A stretch of DNA of 64,000 nt. Origin: Octopus sinensis (Eukaryota). A program made the translations under genes and the position numbers. The notes under the pieces are model-generated. The model searched no databases. It worked only from the letters and a program-made list of their open reading frames with translations, and was not told where the DNA came from. Position 1 is the stretch's first letter. Every line of letters starts with the position of its first letter. Positions 10,697 to 23,074 of the stretch are shown here, in pieces. The stretch covers positions 17,670,001 through 17,734,000 of the forward strand of contig NC_043015.1 in assembly GCF_006345805.1 (NCBI RefSeq), read 5' to 3'.

Positions 10697-13600
10697 CAGT
10701 TCACTGTGACCGGTTTGTTGTTTGTTAGTTGAACTACTGTCTTTGTGTGAAACGCGTGCTTTTGGCTGTCCTGCAGCGGTGGTGTGCGACATCTACCCTC
10801 ATGTTTAATGGGAGAGCTTCGTGTTATGAATTACGAAGATTTGAGTTCTTCTTCAGTCTTTGTATCATCAGAGGAAGAATTGGTGAAGTGTCTGAATAGA
10901 ATTGACGAGGAAATAGAGACGAAGTGTTATGCAGAGGCAGCGAAGGAAAGAACCAAACAGATGAGTCTGAAGGAGTTGAGCAGTTTCAAGGAAGTAATTA
11001 AAAGGGAGAAGAACGAAGTGAAGGTATTCTCCCCCAAAGAAGTTTTAAAAGAAAAAACTGAGAGGTCGATTATTTACAGGACGTACGCTGTGGCAAGGAG
11101 AAAAATTTAAGTTCTGTCAGAACAGAAGTTGAAAAGGCGCTGAAACCAGTCTTAGCAAGGGAAATCCTAACTTGCCAGGGAAAGAAAGTATAGAACGGTG
11201 AAGGTGCAGATTCGGGAGATAGCTACCGCTAGATTGCCATCAGCAACTCTGCTAAAAACTGATAAAGTGGTGCTTCTACCCGTATACCTTGGGAAGCATG
11301 TCTCCAGCTCTAGGGTGGAAGACATACCCCCCAGAAGTAGATGTAGCTGGCTGGTGGCTGCCATACTGCTAGGCATGGAGTAGAGGGCAGTGGTTCTGCG
11401 GACCACCAGAACACCGGCCATTGGATAAAATTGTTATATTGTACAATAAACAAAAGGAAGAACTTTGTAATGAGATAGGACAGAGCAATTAAAGTGAATG
11501 GTTAGGGTAGAGTTGGTATGGGTGAGAGCTGAGTGGGTGTGAGATGGGGATCGTCATTTCCAACATCTGCCATTTTTCTCATCTTTCTTTTTTCACCCCC
11601 GTCGTTTCCCAGTCGGTATTCAACTCCTATTCTTCGAAGCTGGTACTGGTTGGGGTAGAGTGGGTATGGGTAGGAGCCGAGCAGGTGTGTGATGGGTGTC
11701 GTCTTTTACCACATGTGCCGTGTTTCTCTTTCTTTTTTCTCGCCCTTTCCCAGCCGGTATTCACCTCCTCTTCTTCAACGTAGTGCTGGTTTTTGTCTCC
11801 ACCGTGTTTTCAATATCTTCCGGATCCACCTGTAGTACCATGTCTAGGCTCTGCCCTTGCCAGTTCTTGTGGAGTGTTCTGATGGCCTGCAGGACCACTA
11901 CCTTCTATTCCATTCCTAGCAGTATGGTAGCCACCAGCCAGACTACTTCCACTTGTGGGTGCATATCTTCCACCCTATCCCTGGAAGCACGTTTCCCAAT
12001 GTATACGGGTAGAAGCACTACTTCGTCCGTTTTTAACGATGTTGCCGAGTGCAGTCTGGCAGTAGCTATCTCCCGAAATGGCACCTCCACCGATCCGTAC
12101 TTTCTTCCCCTGGTAAGGTAGGAAATCCCCTGCCAGACTGGTCTCAGTGCCTTTTCAGCTCGGGTTCTGACACTACTTCAATTTTTCTCGTTGCCACAGT
12201 GTATGTCCTGTAAATAATCGTCCTCTAATTTTTCCTTTTAAAACTTCTTTGGCAAGTAACACCTTCACATCATTCCCCTGCCTTTTAAGAACTTCCGTGA
12301 ACCTGCCCAATTCTTCTAGGGTCACTTCTTCACTTTTCCCTTTTGCCGCTTCAGCATAATTTTTTCGTTTCCATTTCCTCGTCCAGTTTTGATAAACATT
12401 TTACCATCTCTTCCTCAAACAATATAAAGTCTGAAGAAGAACTTAAATCCTCGTAATTCATAACATGACGTTCTTCCATTAACCAAGAGGGAAGACGTCG
12501 CACACCACCGCTGCAAGACAGGCAAAAACATGTGTTACACACAAAAATAGTAGTTCAATTAAGAAACAATAAACCGGAAGCTCACAGTGAAGTGCTTACC
12601 TCCAATTGCTCATAGTTCTTTGTTTTATAGCAATGAGTCAGTCCACTTTTGGACATATAGGGGTGATCAGAATCCTTCCACAACACCTACAGTATTCCCT
12701 CTCTTTGATGGCAATTTGTCATTCCTATGGCCTTCTGAATTCACTCCTGCTCACAACACATGACACAATGGTCACCAAATTCCAATTCTGTTTAGCCAAC
12801 CATCACACTACCCATGTATTCAATCGCATCCATTTCCACCACCACATCGATGCTTTTCATACTGGTATGGTTTGGATGGGGTGTTATGATACATGTCCAT
12901 GCTTATCTAGAATTACTTCCTTCTTTAGGTCAGTTGGGTAACTATGTTTTGCTTGTACATTCAAATTTTTATGGCTCTGCAGCCTAACATCAATGTACAG
13001 GGTGCATTTTACCATGCCACTTATACTAGAGAGGTTATTTCATCCTTATCAAGACTAAAGAGTCTCATGACCTATAGGTATTGAAAAAAGAGAGAATGAT
13101 GACATAAAGGAGCAGCGGTTTTTGGATTGTGCGAGTGATAGAGGAGAGTGATAAAAGAATGGTTGTATGGGAGAGAAACAGTAATGGTGGGTATGTTTTT
13201 ACTAGTTTGAGAGACAGATAAGCAGATCTAATGATGAATGTTGATATTGATGGGTGATGGCAAGAAAGTACAACAAAAGTCAACAATGAATGGCATGAGA
13301 AGAGGGAGTAATGGTTGGGAGCACAGAAAGAGTGATGGTGGGCATGTCAGATATGAACAGGTTTGAGGCTGGTAGACTGTAAAGAATGGTGGTAGATACA
13401 CAAAGATTCAAGTTATAGAGGTAGCATGATGCAATGAACAGGAGAGAAGGTGACTTGGACTAAGTCACCTTCTCTCAGGGGACCAGACAGATCTAGTAGT
13501 ATCTCCATATACATGGGAAGCATGATACAATTAATAGGAGAGAGAGGGGGGTTAAATGGAGAGAACATGATAAAAAATGAATGATAGAGCTGAGTGAGAC

Positions 13601-13712
13601 AGAAATGAGTGAGGCAGGGAACAGCAAGCAAATGTATTAGGTAAGAGACACACACAGATACATATACACACATCCAGACACACATGCACAGACACATGTA
13701 CACACACACATA

Positions 13713-14570
13713 CAGAGTGTTCAGGCTAAATTTTAATATTTTATGCCTCCTTTTTTCAGAAACAGTTTGCTGTTCTGGTGAACAGCCAATGGTGTTGGAC
13801 AGCATAAAGATTAAAGCTATAGTTGATAAAAAGTTAGCTGACATGGAGGATGGGAAGCCATCTGAATATTGGAAAAGACTTATCTGTATCATGATGATTC
13901 ACAATGGGTATCAAAATACCAATATCATGACTTTTCGTTAATGCTCTGTGAATACTGAAAGGTGGTAAGATGTGATATGGACAGCTGCAATGGAGACTAC
14001 AAAGCAATGGCCAACAAAAAGGGACACAACAGGCATTCTGACTGCATTCACATGCTAGAATTCATCCCCACATCTTTGAACAAGGCCTTAGGTTCAATTC
14101 AGATGGCTATGTGAAGCTGCTGGAGACTGTGGTCAATCCCTGGCTGGAGAGGGTTGCTGCTTGAAGACTAAGTATTTGGCAAGTAGGATTTGGTTCCTTG
14201 CCATACTTTTGGAAAGAATCAGAAGTGGTTTTAGAGAATTTCTGCGACTTCACCAGCTCCACTTTCTGGCCTAATTCCCCCAATTGCAATCCCATGAATT
14301 ACTATGTATGAAGCACAGTTGAGAAAGACACCAAATTCTCTCCCTATAACACCAAGATCTTCCAGGGACACAGTAAGGAACACATATCAGGTTCCTGACT
14401 CATCTTAAGGTAGTGGTGGAAGCTTAGGGTTGCTACTTTGGGCAAACTATTATCTCCTAGACATAATCTAGTTGATATTTTTTTACTATTTAAAATATTT
14501 TATTTTTGGATGAGATATTGTGTTTTCATTTCCTTTTATGCAAATTGTCAAATTTAACCTGAACACTGTG
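13713..14570 (+). mobile_element. Tc1/mariner (maT/DD37D-like) element, internally deleted
   Basis: TIRs CAGAGTGTTCAGGCTAAATT and AATTTAACCTGAACACTGTG, with TA on the left. Transposase remnant KLLETVVNPWLERVAA...FWPNSPNCNPMNYY. Confidence 0.8.
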
Positions 14571-14831
14571 TTTATGTGTGCCTTCCAACCTCCTTCAGTA
14601 GTACATTTTCAGCATTTGATTTGCCATTTTAGCACCATTGTATACGTTTTTATCAGTACCATGAGTCATCAGTTATCAATGTAATTCGTTGGGGCTCAGC
14701 TTCCTGAGGTTACTCTTCACTATTTTATCCTATGTCTTCCACAGAGTCCATCTGCACCTTTTTATACAGTTTTCTCATTTGCACACTATATACAATTCCT
14801 TCTATGTTCAGTTTTTATCTCAGCCCATATA

Positions 14832-16073
14832 CAGGGTGTTTCAAAATTCAGGCAACCGAAGTTTCAGGCTTTAATAACTATCAATAAATGTGATAAGATA
14901 TGAAAATTATACATCATTATAAAAGCTTTGTGTATCTTCTTTTTGATTCAGAATAAATAAATTCATATTTATAAATTAGACAATGGCTATAGACTGAAAT
15001 ACAATCATAACCTTCCACAAAGGAGGCAAAGGTAATACAGCTCGAGCAAAAAAGTTTAAAATTAACCGAACAACATTGTCAAAAAATTTCAAAAGACTGG
15101 TTCCGCCATTGAATGACCTGGACCTGGCCGAAAAAGTGTGCGAACCCCTCAGTTTATCAAAAGTATCAGGGAAAAGATACAGCAAAATCTTCATTGTTCT
15201 GTCGGAAAACTGGCTGCCACAGCAAAAATAAGCCGAACATTGATGTATCAAGTGTTGGAGGAGGATCTCAGGACCCACTCCTACAAGATGATCCACCATT
15301 ATGAGCTCATACAAGTTTATAAGGCTATAAGATTGTAAAGAAGTTGACTTGTCCTGCGTCAGATTGATGAAGGCATGCTGCCCAAACTGATTAAAAGAAA
15401 TATGACATCAAACAGACAGTAAACCACCAGAATGACTGACTTTAGAATGTATCTGGCTCCATCAAGGGTAGACTCGTAAATCAATGTCAAAATCCACAGT
15501 CAGTTATGGTTTAAGCGGCTGTGACAGCTACTTGAAGGTCTTCCCTCATTTTTGTGCCCTCGAGTGTTAAAATTAATAACGATACTCTGGAAACTGAACA
15601 GCTTCCATGGGCAATTGAACACTTTCAAGGTGCACCTTGGAGCCTCCAACAGGACTTGGCACTATTCCACAGCTCCAAACAGACACAACACTGGATTCAG
15701 AAAAAATTCTGTCATTCATAGGCAAGGCTATATAGCCCTCAAGTAGCCAATCTCAACCCATTATACTTTTCTGTTTAGTCCATTTTGGAGACGAGAGTTT
15801 CGAGCACTTCTCATGCTTCACTTGACACTCTGAAGGCAAAACTGCACCTGGACTGGGCTTCAATTCTGCAAGAACAGCTGCATGCCGCATGTGAAGCATT
15901 CACACCAAGACTTAAGGCTGTGATTCGAAACAGAGGTGGTCATATCGAATAAATGTAGTGTCATAATTGTGTTTCCTTTACAATTGCATTGCAACACTCG
16001 GATCTGTAATATAGTAATGTTTTGTTTTGGCATAATTGAAAAAAGTTGCTTGTCTTAATTTTGGGACATCCTG
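14832..16073 (+). mobile_element. Tc1/mariner (maT/DD37D-like) element, near full length (1242 bp), decayed transposase
   Basis: TA flanks and TIRs CAGGGTGTTTCAAAATT and AATTTTGGGACATCCTG. Peptide RTPQFIKSIREKI...EEDLRTHSYKM and a PSSS.LNP-like motif. Confidence 0.85.
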
Positions 16074-16119
16074 TATAATTAGATGTATGAGAGGGTGTCC
16101 AAAAGTATAATTAGATGTA

Positions 16120-17282
16120 TGAGAGGGTGTCCAAAAGTAACTGGAAACATTCTCTGTGGGACAAGCCCTTTGTAGTTCAGGCTTCTGCCATTAGAAGCCA
16201 CTTGATGCGACCCTAAGGCATGAATCTGCTGACCAGCAGTAATGATTGAAGTAGAACTGTCATGTGGAACGTCATAGTTTTGCAGTGCTTCTCAGCTGTT
16301 GATTGATTTTTGCGATAGCTGAAACAGGGGAGCAATGTGCTTCCATGAAATTCTGTTTTCTATTAGGGAAAATGGCAACAGCAAAAAAATTGCCATGCAT
16401 CAAACAGCTTACCAGGATGCTACCATGAACATTCGTTAACCTCCTGAATGAAAATTCATGAACTGATCTTGGAGGATCGTTGTTGAACAATTATCGAACT
16501 TGTTGATATGACTCGTGTGTCCTGGAGCTTCTGCCAACAAATTGTGAGTGAGGAATTGCAAATGAAAAGAGTTGCAGAAAAATTTGTGCCTCGCTTGCTC
16601 AAGGAAGATCAAAAGGAGTCATGACTGAAAGCATGTCGTGAATTGAAAGAACAATTGGAAGTTATTCAAAGGTGGTGCTACAGCTACAACCTGGAAATGA
16701 AGCAGCAATCAAGTCAGTGGAAGCATTCAATGTCACCACACCCCAAAAAAGCACATCAAGTGAAGTCCAATGTCAAGACAATACTGATTTGTTTCATTGA
16801 TATGAAAGAAATTGTCCACACAGAAATTGTTCCTCCTGGTCAGACATTTTACATGGCAATAAGGAAGCATTTACAAGATGTGGCAAGAGGAAAACGTCCC
16901 AACCCGTGGTAAAGTGGAGAATGGTGGCTTCATCATAGCAATTGCCCTGTGCACACCGCCTTGAGTGTGAGATAGTTTTTGACCCCATTTACCCTCCTTC
17001 CCTATTCAACCAATCTTACTCCCTGTGACATTTTTGTTCCACCAAATGAAAAAAGTCCTTAAAGGAACACGTTTTGTAGATGTGGAAGTAGTGAAGAAAA
17101 AAACAATGGAGGCATTAAAAGGCATCACTTTGCAAGAGTTCCAGGACTACTTCGAACAGTGGAAAATACATCTGGACCGATGCCTTGCCTCAAATGGAGA
17201 ATATTTTGAAGGTGATAAAAAAGTAAAGATGTAAAAATAAGTGAATATTACAAAATTCCAGTTTCTTTTGAGTATCTTCTTG
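16120..17282 (+). mobile_element. Mariner (DD34D) element, decayed transposase
   Basis: TA flanks and TIR ...GTGTCCAAAAGTAACTGGAA / TTCCAGTTTCTTTTGAGTATC. Peptides KFVPRLL, KQQSSQWKH, HQVKSNVKTILICFIDMKEIVHTE, LFHQMKKVLKGTRF and DRCLASNGEYFEGD. Confidence 0.9.
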
Positions 17283-17332
17283 TATGCATTCACACACAGC
17301 TAACAATGAGATATATTCTCTCCATTCACAGA

Positions 17333-17477
17333 TTAGTTATGGTTAATGCTCAAAAACAATGCTTTAATCTTATGAATATTTTCAGGTATTTTTACTACAA
17401 TCCACATTGTTTTGATCAAAACTGAATGTACTAAGACTGAATATTGAATGTGATTGTAGAAGAACTCACTTATTTCA
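17333..17477 (-). CDS. Candidate host exon (EISEFFYNHIQYSVLVHSVLIKTMW...), product unknown
   Basis: Acceptor ...TTTTTATTTACAACTTTAATGTAACTATACACAG. The phase-2 start matches the upstream 68-bp exon. Open for 47 codons to TAA; an internal donor is also possible. Confidence 0.4.
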
Positions 17478-17769
17478 CTGTGTATAGTTACATTAAAGTT
17501 GTAAATAAAAAGCAGGGCAGTTTATCATAACTTTTGACACCATGCAAACAGTAACAATAAAGTTTTGTATACAAAAGTACAAACAGATTGTAAGATCTGT
17601 TAAGGAAGTTTAAAAGCAAAAAAAAGTAAATGAGTGAAACTTTTGCATAAATAAGCATAAGGCACAATTAGTACAATGGTTATACCAAATATAACTATAC
17701 TGTGCACCACAAGAAAACAGTTATAATGCTAACAGCATTGTTGTTTTGTAGATGACAGGACTGACTTAC

Positions 17770-17837
17770 TTCTTGTAGTATTCATAAACAATATACACCT
17801 TTTCATATTGGTATAAAGTATTTAAGATCAGGGAAAT
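17770..17837 (-). CDS. Candidate 68-bp host exon (ISLILNTLYQYEKVYIVYEYYK)
   Basis: TAG acceptor after a T-rich tract and a strong GTAAGT donor. Only one frame is open. Confidence 0.5.
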
Positions 17838-18210
17838 CTATACCAAGAAATCTTTACCAAGTCAAAAACAATATAAAACAATTCATTGCTTCTGAGTTGT
17901 GTTTTTGTTTGTTTTTTTTTGTTTCTTTCTTTTTTCCTGATCTTTACTATTTCCTTTGGTAAAACAGACCCACTCATATTGTTCTAAACATAAATGTTTC
18001 TTTTCAAGTGGTATTGCCTCACTTAAACCCTGTAATCAATCACTTTTAAATTGTAGTTGTTTTAATTCAACTAATTGAAAAAGAACACTGATATAACAGG
18101 TAACCATCACATAATGCCTGGAATTAAATATATATATTTAATATAACATGCAATCATCTACAATCTAATCATCTATAATTTTCTCATTGGTGTACTATTC
18201 TCTTGGGTAT

Positions 18211-18538
18211 TCTTAAAGACTCCGCCGGTTACGACGACGAGGGTCCCAGCTGATACGATCAACGGAACAGCTTGCTCGTGAAATTAACGTGCAAATGGCT
18301 GAGCATTCCACAGACACGTGTACCCTTAACGTAGTTCTCGGGGATAATCAGCGTGACACAGAGAGTGACAAGGCTGACCCTTTGAAATACAAGTACAACT
18401 CATTTTTGCCAGCTGAGTGGACTGGAGCAACGTGAAATAAAGTGTCTTGCTTAAGGACACAACGCGTCGCCGGGAATCGAACTCACAACCTTACGATCAT
18501 GAGCCGAATGCCCTAACCACTAAGCCACGCGCCCTCAC
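18211..18538 (-). mobile_element. Full-length tRNA-derived SINE with a 12-bp TSD
   Basis: Minus-strand head GGCGCGTGGCTTAGTGGTTAGG (A box)...GAGTTCGATTCC (B box). TSD TCTCTTGGGTAT at 18199-18210 and 18539-18550. Confidence 0.9.
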
Positions 18539-18828
18539 TCTCTTGGGTATAAGCTTTCCATAATGTGCCATTACTCAGAGATAGCATTAACTTCCATTCA
18601 TATCATTAGAGATGACAAAAGCTATTCTCTCATGTAGATAGAGCCATTAAACTTTAAACATATAGACAAAAGGGTCCACACAAAAAAAAATGTAATTTTT
18701 GTCAATGTTAGATGAGTTTACACTTAAACTAGAGGACTTATTTTGGATAAGTAATTTGATTACTATCTAAGCTATTTGATTACTATGAAAAGTAAAATCA
18801 CAAGAGAATATGAACTGAAAAATAATAT

Positions 18829-19231
18829 TTACTCTTTACTCTTTTACTTGTTTCAGTCATTTGACTGTGGCCATGCTGGAGCATCGCCTTTAGTCGAGGA
18901 AATCGACCCCCAGGACTTATTCTTTGAAAGCCTACTACTTATTCTATCGGTCTCTTTTGCCAAACCGCTAAGTTACGGGGACATAAACACACCAACATCG
19001 GTTGACAAGCGATGTTGGGGGGACAAACACAGACACACAAACATACACACATATATATACATATATACGACGGGTTTCTTTCAGTTTCCGTCTACCAAAT
19101 CCACTCACAAAGCTTTGGTTGGCCCGAGGCTATAGTAGAAGACACCTGCCCAAGGTGCCACGCAGCAGGACTGAACCCAGAACCATGTGGTTGGTAAGCA
19201 AGCTACTTACCACACAGCCACTCCTGCGCCT
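18829..19231 (-). mobile_element. tRNA-derived SINE with an internal microsatellite and an (AAAGAGT)n-like tail
   Basis: Minus-strand head AGGCGCAGGAGTGGCTGTGTGG...GGTTCAGTCC. Highly similar to 28973-29370. Confidence 0.9.
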
Positions 19232-19664
19232 ATAGAAAACTAATCATTAAAAAATAGTGTAAGATTTACTCAGTGGTGTCCTATTCTCTTGGGTATAAGT
19301 TTTCCATAGAGTGCCACTACTCAGAGACAGCATTAAAGAACAGCATTATTGCATGGAAACATAGCTACACCACCACTATGCTAAGACATGAGTGACAAAA
19401 CACAACTTGGATCTGATAACAATAAATTTCATACCTAAATAGTGTGTTCTACTAATTTCAATTCCCAGTAAATGACATTAGGATGTGATGAAGCAATAGT
19501 CTTTTGAAGACTAAAAGCTTAAAAGTTTTCTGCTACTGTTGAGAACATGTTATGATGATCACTGGAGTATAAACTGGCCTATTTACATTAATGATATATC
19601 ATAGCTAACAATATTGTGTTAGTAGTTTTTTAGCTATTTGAATTTACAGACTGTTAGAAATCAC

Positions 19665-21820
19665 TGCTGAAATGCTTAAAATATATGCCGGAGTGGGATA
19701 TAGCCTTGTCGCCCATATAGTTAATCAGATTGTCCATGAAGGAGTCATACCCAGTGAAGCAGCACTATAGTCAACTGTTTAGACAGAAATAATTACAGAG
19801 GTAACAAATTGCTGGACCAGGTGATGAAAGTTATAGAGAGGGTTATTTAGGAAGAGAGTTAGCCAAGATGGGATACAGCCACACACCCACTTCCCCTCAC
19901 ATACACAGAAATAAACCTCTGCACATGGTTTTTGTTGACATAGAGAAAACCTTTGACAGGGTCCCCTGCTCCCTTATCTAGTGGTCAATACGGAAGCTAA
20001 GAATGGATGAGTGGTTGCTGAGAGCTGTACAGCCATGAACAGGGAAGGTAAAAGTTGGCAATGAGCATAGCAAGGAATTTAACATACAAGTAGTTCACCA
20101 AGGATCAGTTCTCAGCCCACTCTTGTTTATCATAGTCTTCCAGGCTATAACAGGAATTGAGAGTTTTATGCTGATCACCTCACTCTTACTGTTGAATCAC
20201 TACTAGAACAAGAGAAGAATTTTCAGGTGTGGAAGCAAGGTCTGGAATCAAAGAGCCTTAGATTTAATTTAACAAAGATCAAAATCCAAGCAAATAGGAA
20301 AATACATAAAACACTAATCCCTTCAGGGATATGTAGAAAAGGTGTTGGTAGAAACTCCATATAGTGTGCCCAGTACAGGCTATGGACAGTATCACAGGAA
20401 GGTTAACAGAGAAAATAGTTTTTGTGTGTGGCAGGTGTGCAGATACAATGTACAGAAAATTGACTCCCTCAAATGACCAAGGGGATCTTTAGAAGTAGCA
20501 GATAGTTTCCATTACCTATGCGGCCAAGTTAGCAGTGGTGGAGGAAGCTCTGAAAGGTGGTTGGTAGAATAAGAAGAGGGTGGGCAAAGTTCAAAGAGCT
20601 ACTAACTTTGTTAGTAACAAAGTGCCTCTCTTGTAGAGTGAAAAGCAGATTGTGTGATGCCTGTGTATGAACAGCTATGCTACATGGTAGTGGAACATGA
20701 GCTGTAACTACAAAGGACATCCAAAGGCTTGAAAGAAATGAAGCCAGCATGCTCCACTGGATGGGAAATATCAATGTGCATATACAACAGATTGAAGATT
20801 TAAGAGAAAAACTGTGTATAAGAGACACTAAATGTAGTGTGCAAGAGAGGAGATTGTACTGGTATGAGCATGTGTTGTGTATGAATGAGGACAGCTACAT
20901 AAAGAAGTGCCAATCTCTAATTGTGGAGGGAACTTGTGAAACGGGTAAACCCAGGAAAATGTAGGACGAAGTGGTAAGAAATGATTTTCAGATGTTGAGC
21001 CTCACAGAGGTGATGTCAAAGGACTAAGACTTCTGGTGATTTGCTGTGATTGGGAAGACACATCAAGCTAAGTAAAATCATAACCATTCAGACATATAGG
21101 CATCTCCTTTACAGCCACATACTCACTTACCCTCACACACATATACTCACAATTCTATCCACTGGCAAAACTGCAGGCCCTTCCACTCTCCCTCACGTAT
21201 CTATCCACGCACTCCCATACCTCCACACATCCACCATGACCACCTCCAGCCACTCCAGTTCCTCTCACCATCACTTACTATGTCCCCTCACACTCTTATG
21301 GAACATCTCTTCTCTCCCTACTGTTCTTTGTGGGTAGGTCCTCTTGGTCTCACTCTGACTTGTCTCTATCTTTCACTCTAACTCTCTCCTAGCTCCCTCT
21401 CCTTCCTTGTCCTACTGGGGTAGTCAAGCATCTCCTCTGTAGTAAGACTGCTATCCTTGTCCCTCTATCACACTTCAACTCTCACCTGGCAAACGACCAC
21501 TTCTCTCAATTCCTCTCATTTTCTCTGCTGAGAGATCCTTGTTTTATGAGCTACTTGATGATCCCATGGGTGCTGGAACCACACAAAAAACACCTATACT
21601 GGTGTCACATAAAATGCACCCAGGCTGGTGCCATGTAAAAAGCACCCATGTGAAAGACATCAGTGGTGGTGCTACATAAAAAGCACCCAGTACACTATTA
21701 AAGTGGTTGACATTAGGAAGGGTATCCAGTCAAAGAAATCATGTCAAAATGCCTTCCAGTTTGGTAGCTCTTGTGAAACTGCCATTAAACGATGATGGTG
21801 GTGGTGGTGGTGGTGGTGAT
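19665..21820 (+). mobile_element. Old, decayed RTE-clade LINE (RT, C-terminal region, 3' UTR, (GAT/GGT)n tail)
   Basis: Collinear with the reverse complement of 26128-28282 and 30643-31785 (FVDIEKTFDRVP, HQGSVLSPLLFIIV). Confidence 0.85.
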
Positions 21821-21975
21821 ATAAAGTTGCTAATATAACATAATATTCACTTTAAAAGATTAAATTTAAACCATCCAGAAACCTAATATTGCATCTGTAA
21901 TGTAATAAAAATAATTTCAAATGATGTAAAGTTTTGAAATATCTTAACATAAGTTAAAACAAAATCTGTTTGTAC

Positions 21976-22317
21976 CTTAATTGTTGTCATTTGACTGTTG
22001 GACATATTTAGTTCACAATTTTGTTTTATTTTTCCTAATTCCCTAAAGAATTATGCCAGACATGTTTTTCCCAGAGTGAGACAAACATTCAAAATATTTA
22101 CATCAAACAGCAAAAACAATTCTTTTACAGTTTTGAATTTCATGAAATTAGCAATATTCAAGCAGTGTTTCCTCACTTTTTCAGTTCTGCTTGCATATTG
22201 TACATTTACCAACATTATTAACAATGATGGAACCTCTACAGAGTCACATGATTCTCTCAGAAAAAAATCACTGTGTACTGAATTAAAAGTGGTAGGGAAG
22301 CATTGGACAATGTAGTC
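21976..22317 (-). CDS. Candidate host exon (DYIVQCFPTTF...KELFLLFD...); either 216 bp (donor at 22101) or 342 bp with an in-frame TAA at 22051-22053
   Basis: TAG acceptor at 22318-22320 and 88 open codons in AT-rich DNA. Both possible donors are phase 0, matching the 17837 exon. Confidence 0.45.
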
Positions 22318-23074
22318 CTAGATATTTAAAATAGTGGGGTGGTCTACACAATCAAGCTTGACCAGATGCTAAAAAAGCAAACACTAGATTGAAGTAACAT
22401 GAGGCCCTGCCTCTGCAGTGTCACTTCACTAGCTACAATTAGCAGCAAAAATCTCAATATAATCAAACTTTCAGTTGGCACCCAAAAAGAATGACATACT
22501 GGAAAAAGAAGTCTTGGAAACATTATGCCTGAAAAGAAGACAGAATAGGAGCAGGAGGAATGTGGATTACTAGTCTAACACTGAGAAGACAGGATGGGCA
22601 CAAGTAGAATATGAATCTCACTATGTTAAGACAAGATGGATACAAGTGTAATATTGGTCCAAAAATCACAAGACATTTCAGATATAACAATGAGAAAACA
22701 GAATGGACAATGACAGAATATTTGTCTAACAGTAAGAAAACAAGATAGAAATGGTATAAAACTGAAAAGACAGGATGGGCAATGTTACTCTAACAAGTGC
22801 AATGTTACTCTAACGATGTTAAAACAAGATGTATGCAGGTGGAATATCATACTAATGAGTAGATGAGATGGACACAGATGGAGTTGTAGACCAATATTCC
22901 ATACTGTACTCACATTGTTTTCCATTGCTGTCCATCTCATCATCTATATTGTGTCTAACCTGCCTTTTCATTGAGATTGGTATTTCCCCATTACATACAT
23001 ACATTATAGCACAGTAAGGAACCCACATAAGTGACAAACCATAAAAAGGAAAGTATGTCACCCCTTCCATAGAC

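Larger units (their letters stand above)
4630..12596. mobile_element. Family A cluster: at least 7 copies or fragments of a ~1.75-kb ORF1-only (HAL1-like) Tx1-derived element, in both orientations
   Basis: Recurrent peptides YAVATRKIEVV, GRKYGTVEV, EVVLLPVYLG, WLVAAI, VEGRIPRCYNCG.KGH...C and a shared 3' end (TTGTGCTGTCCC...ATCATAAAATAAAG). No endonuclease or RT sequence anywhere in the cluster. Confidence 0.85.

Noticed and set aside
22914-22959. 46-bp minus-strand segment ending in a GTGAGT donor
   Set aside because: The acceptor is purine-rich, and the only open frame ends in phase 1, which is incompatible with the phase-0 exon at 22317.
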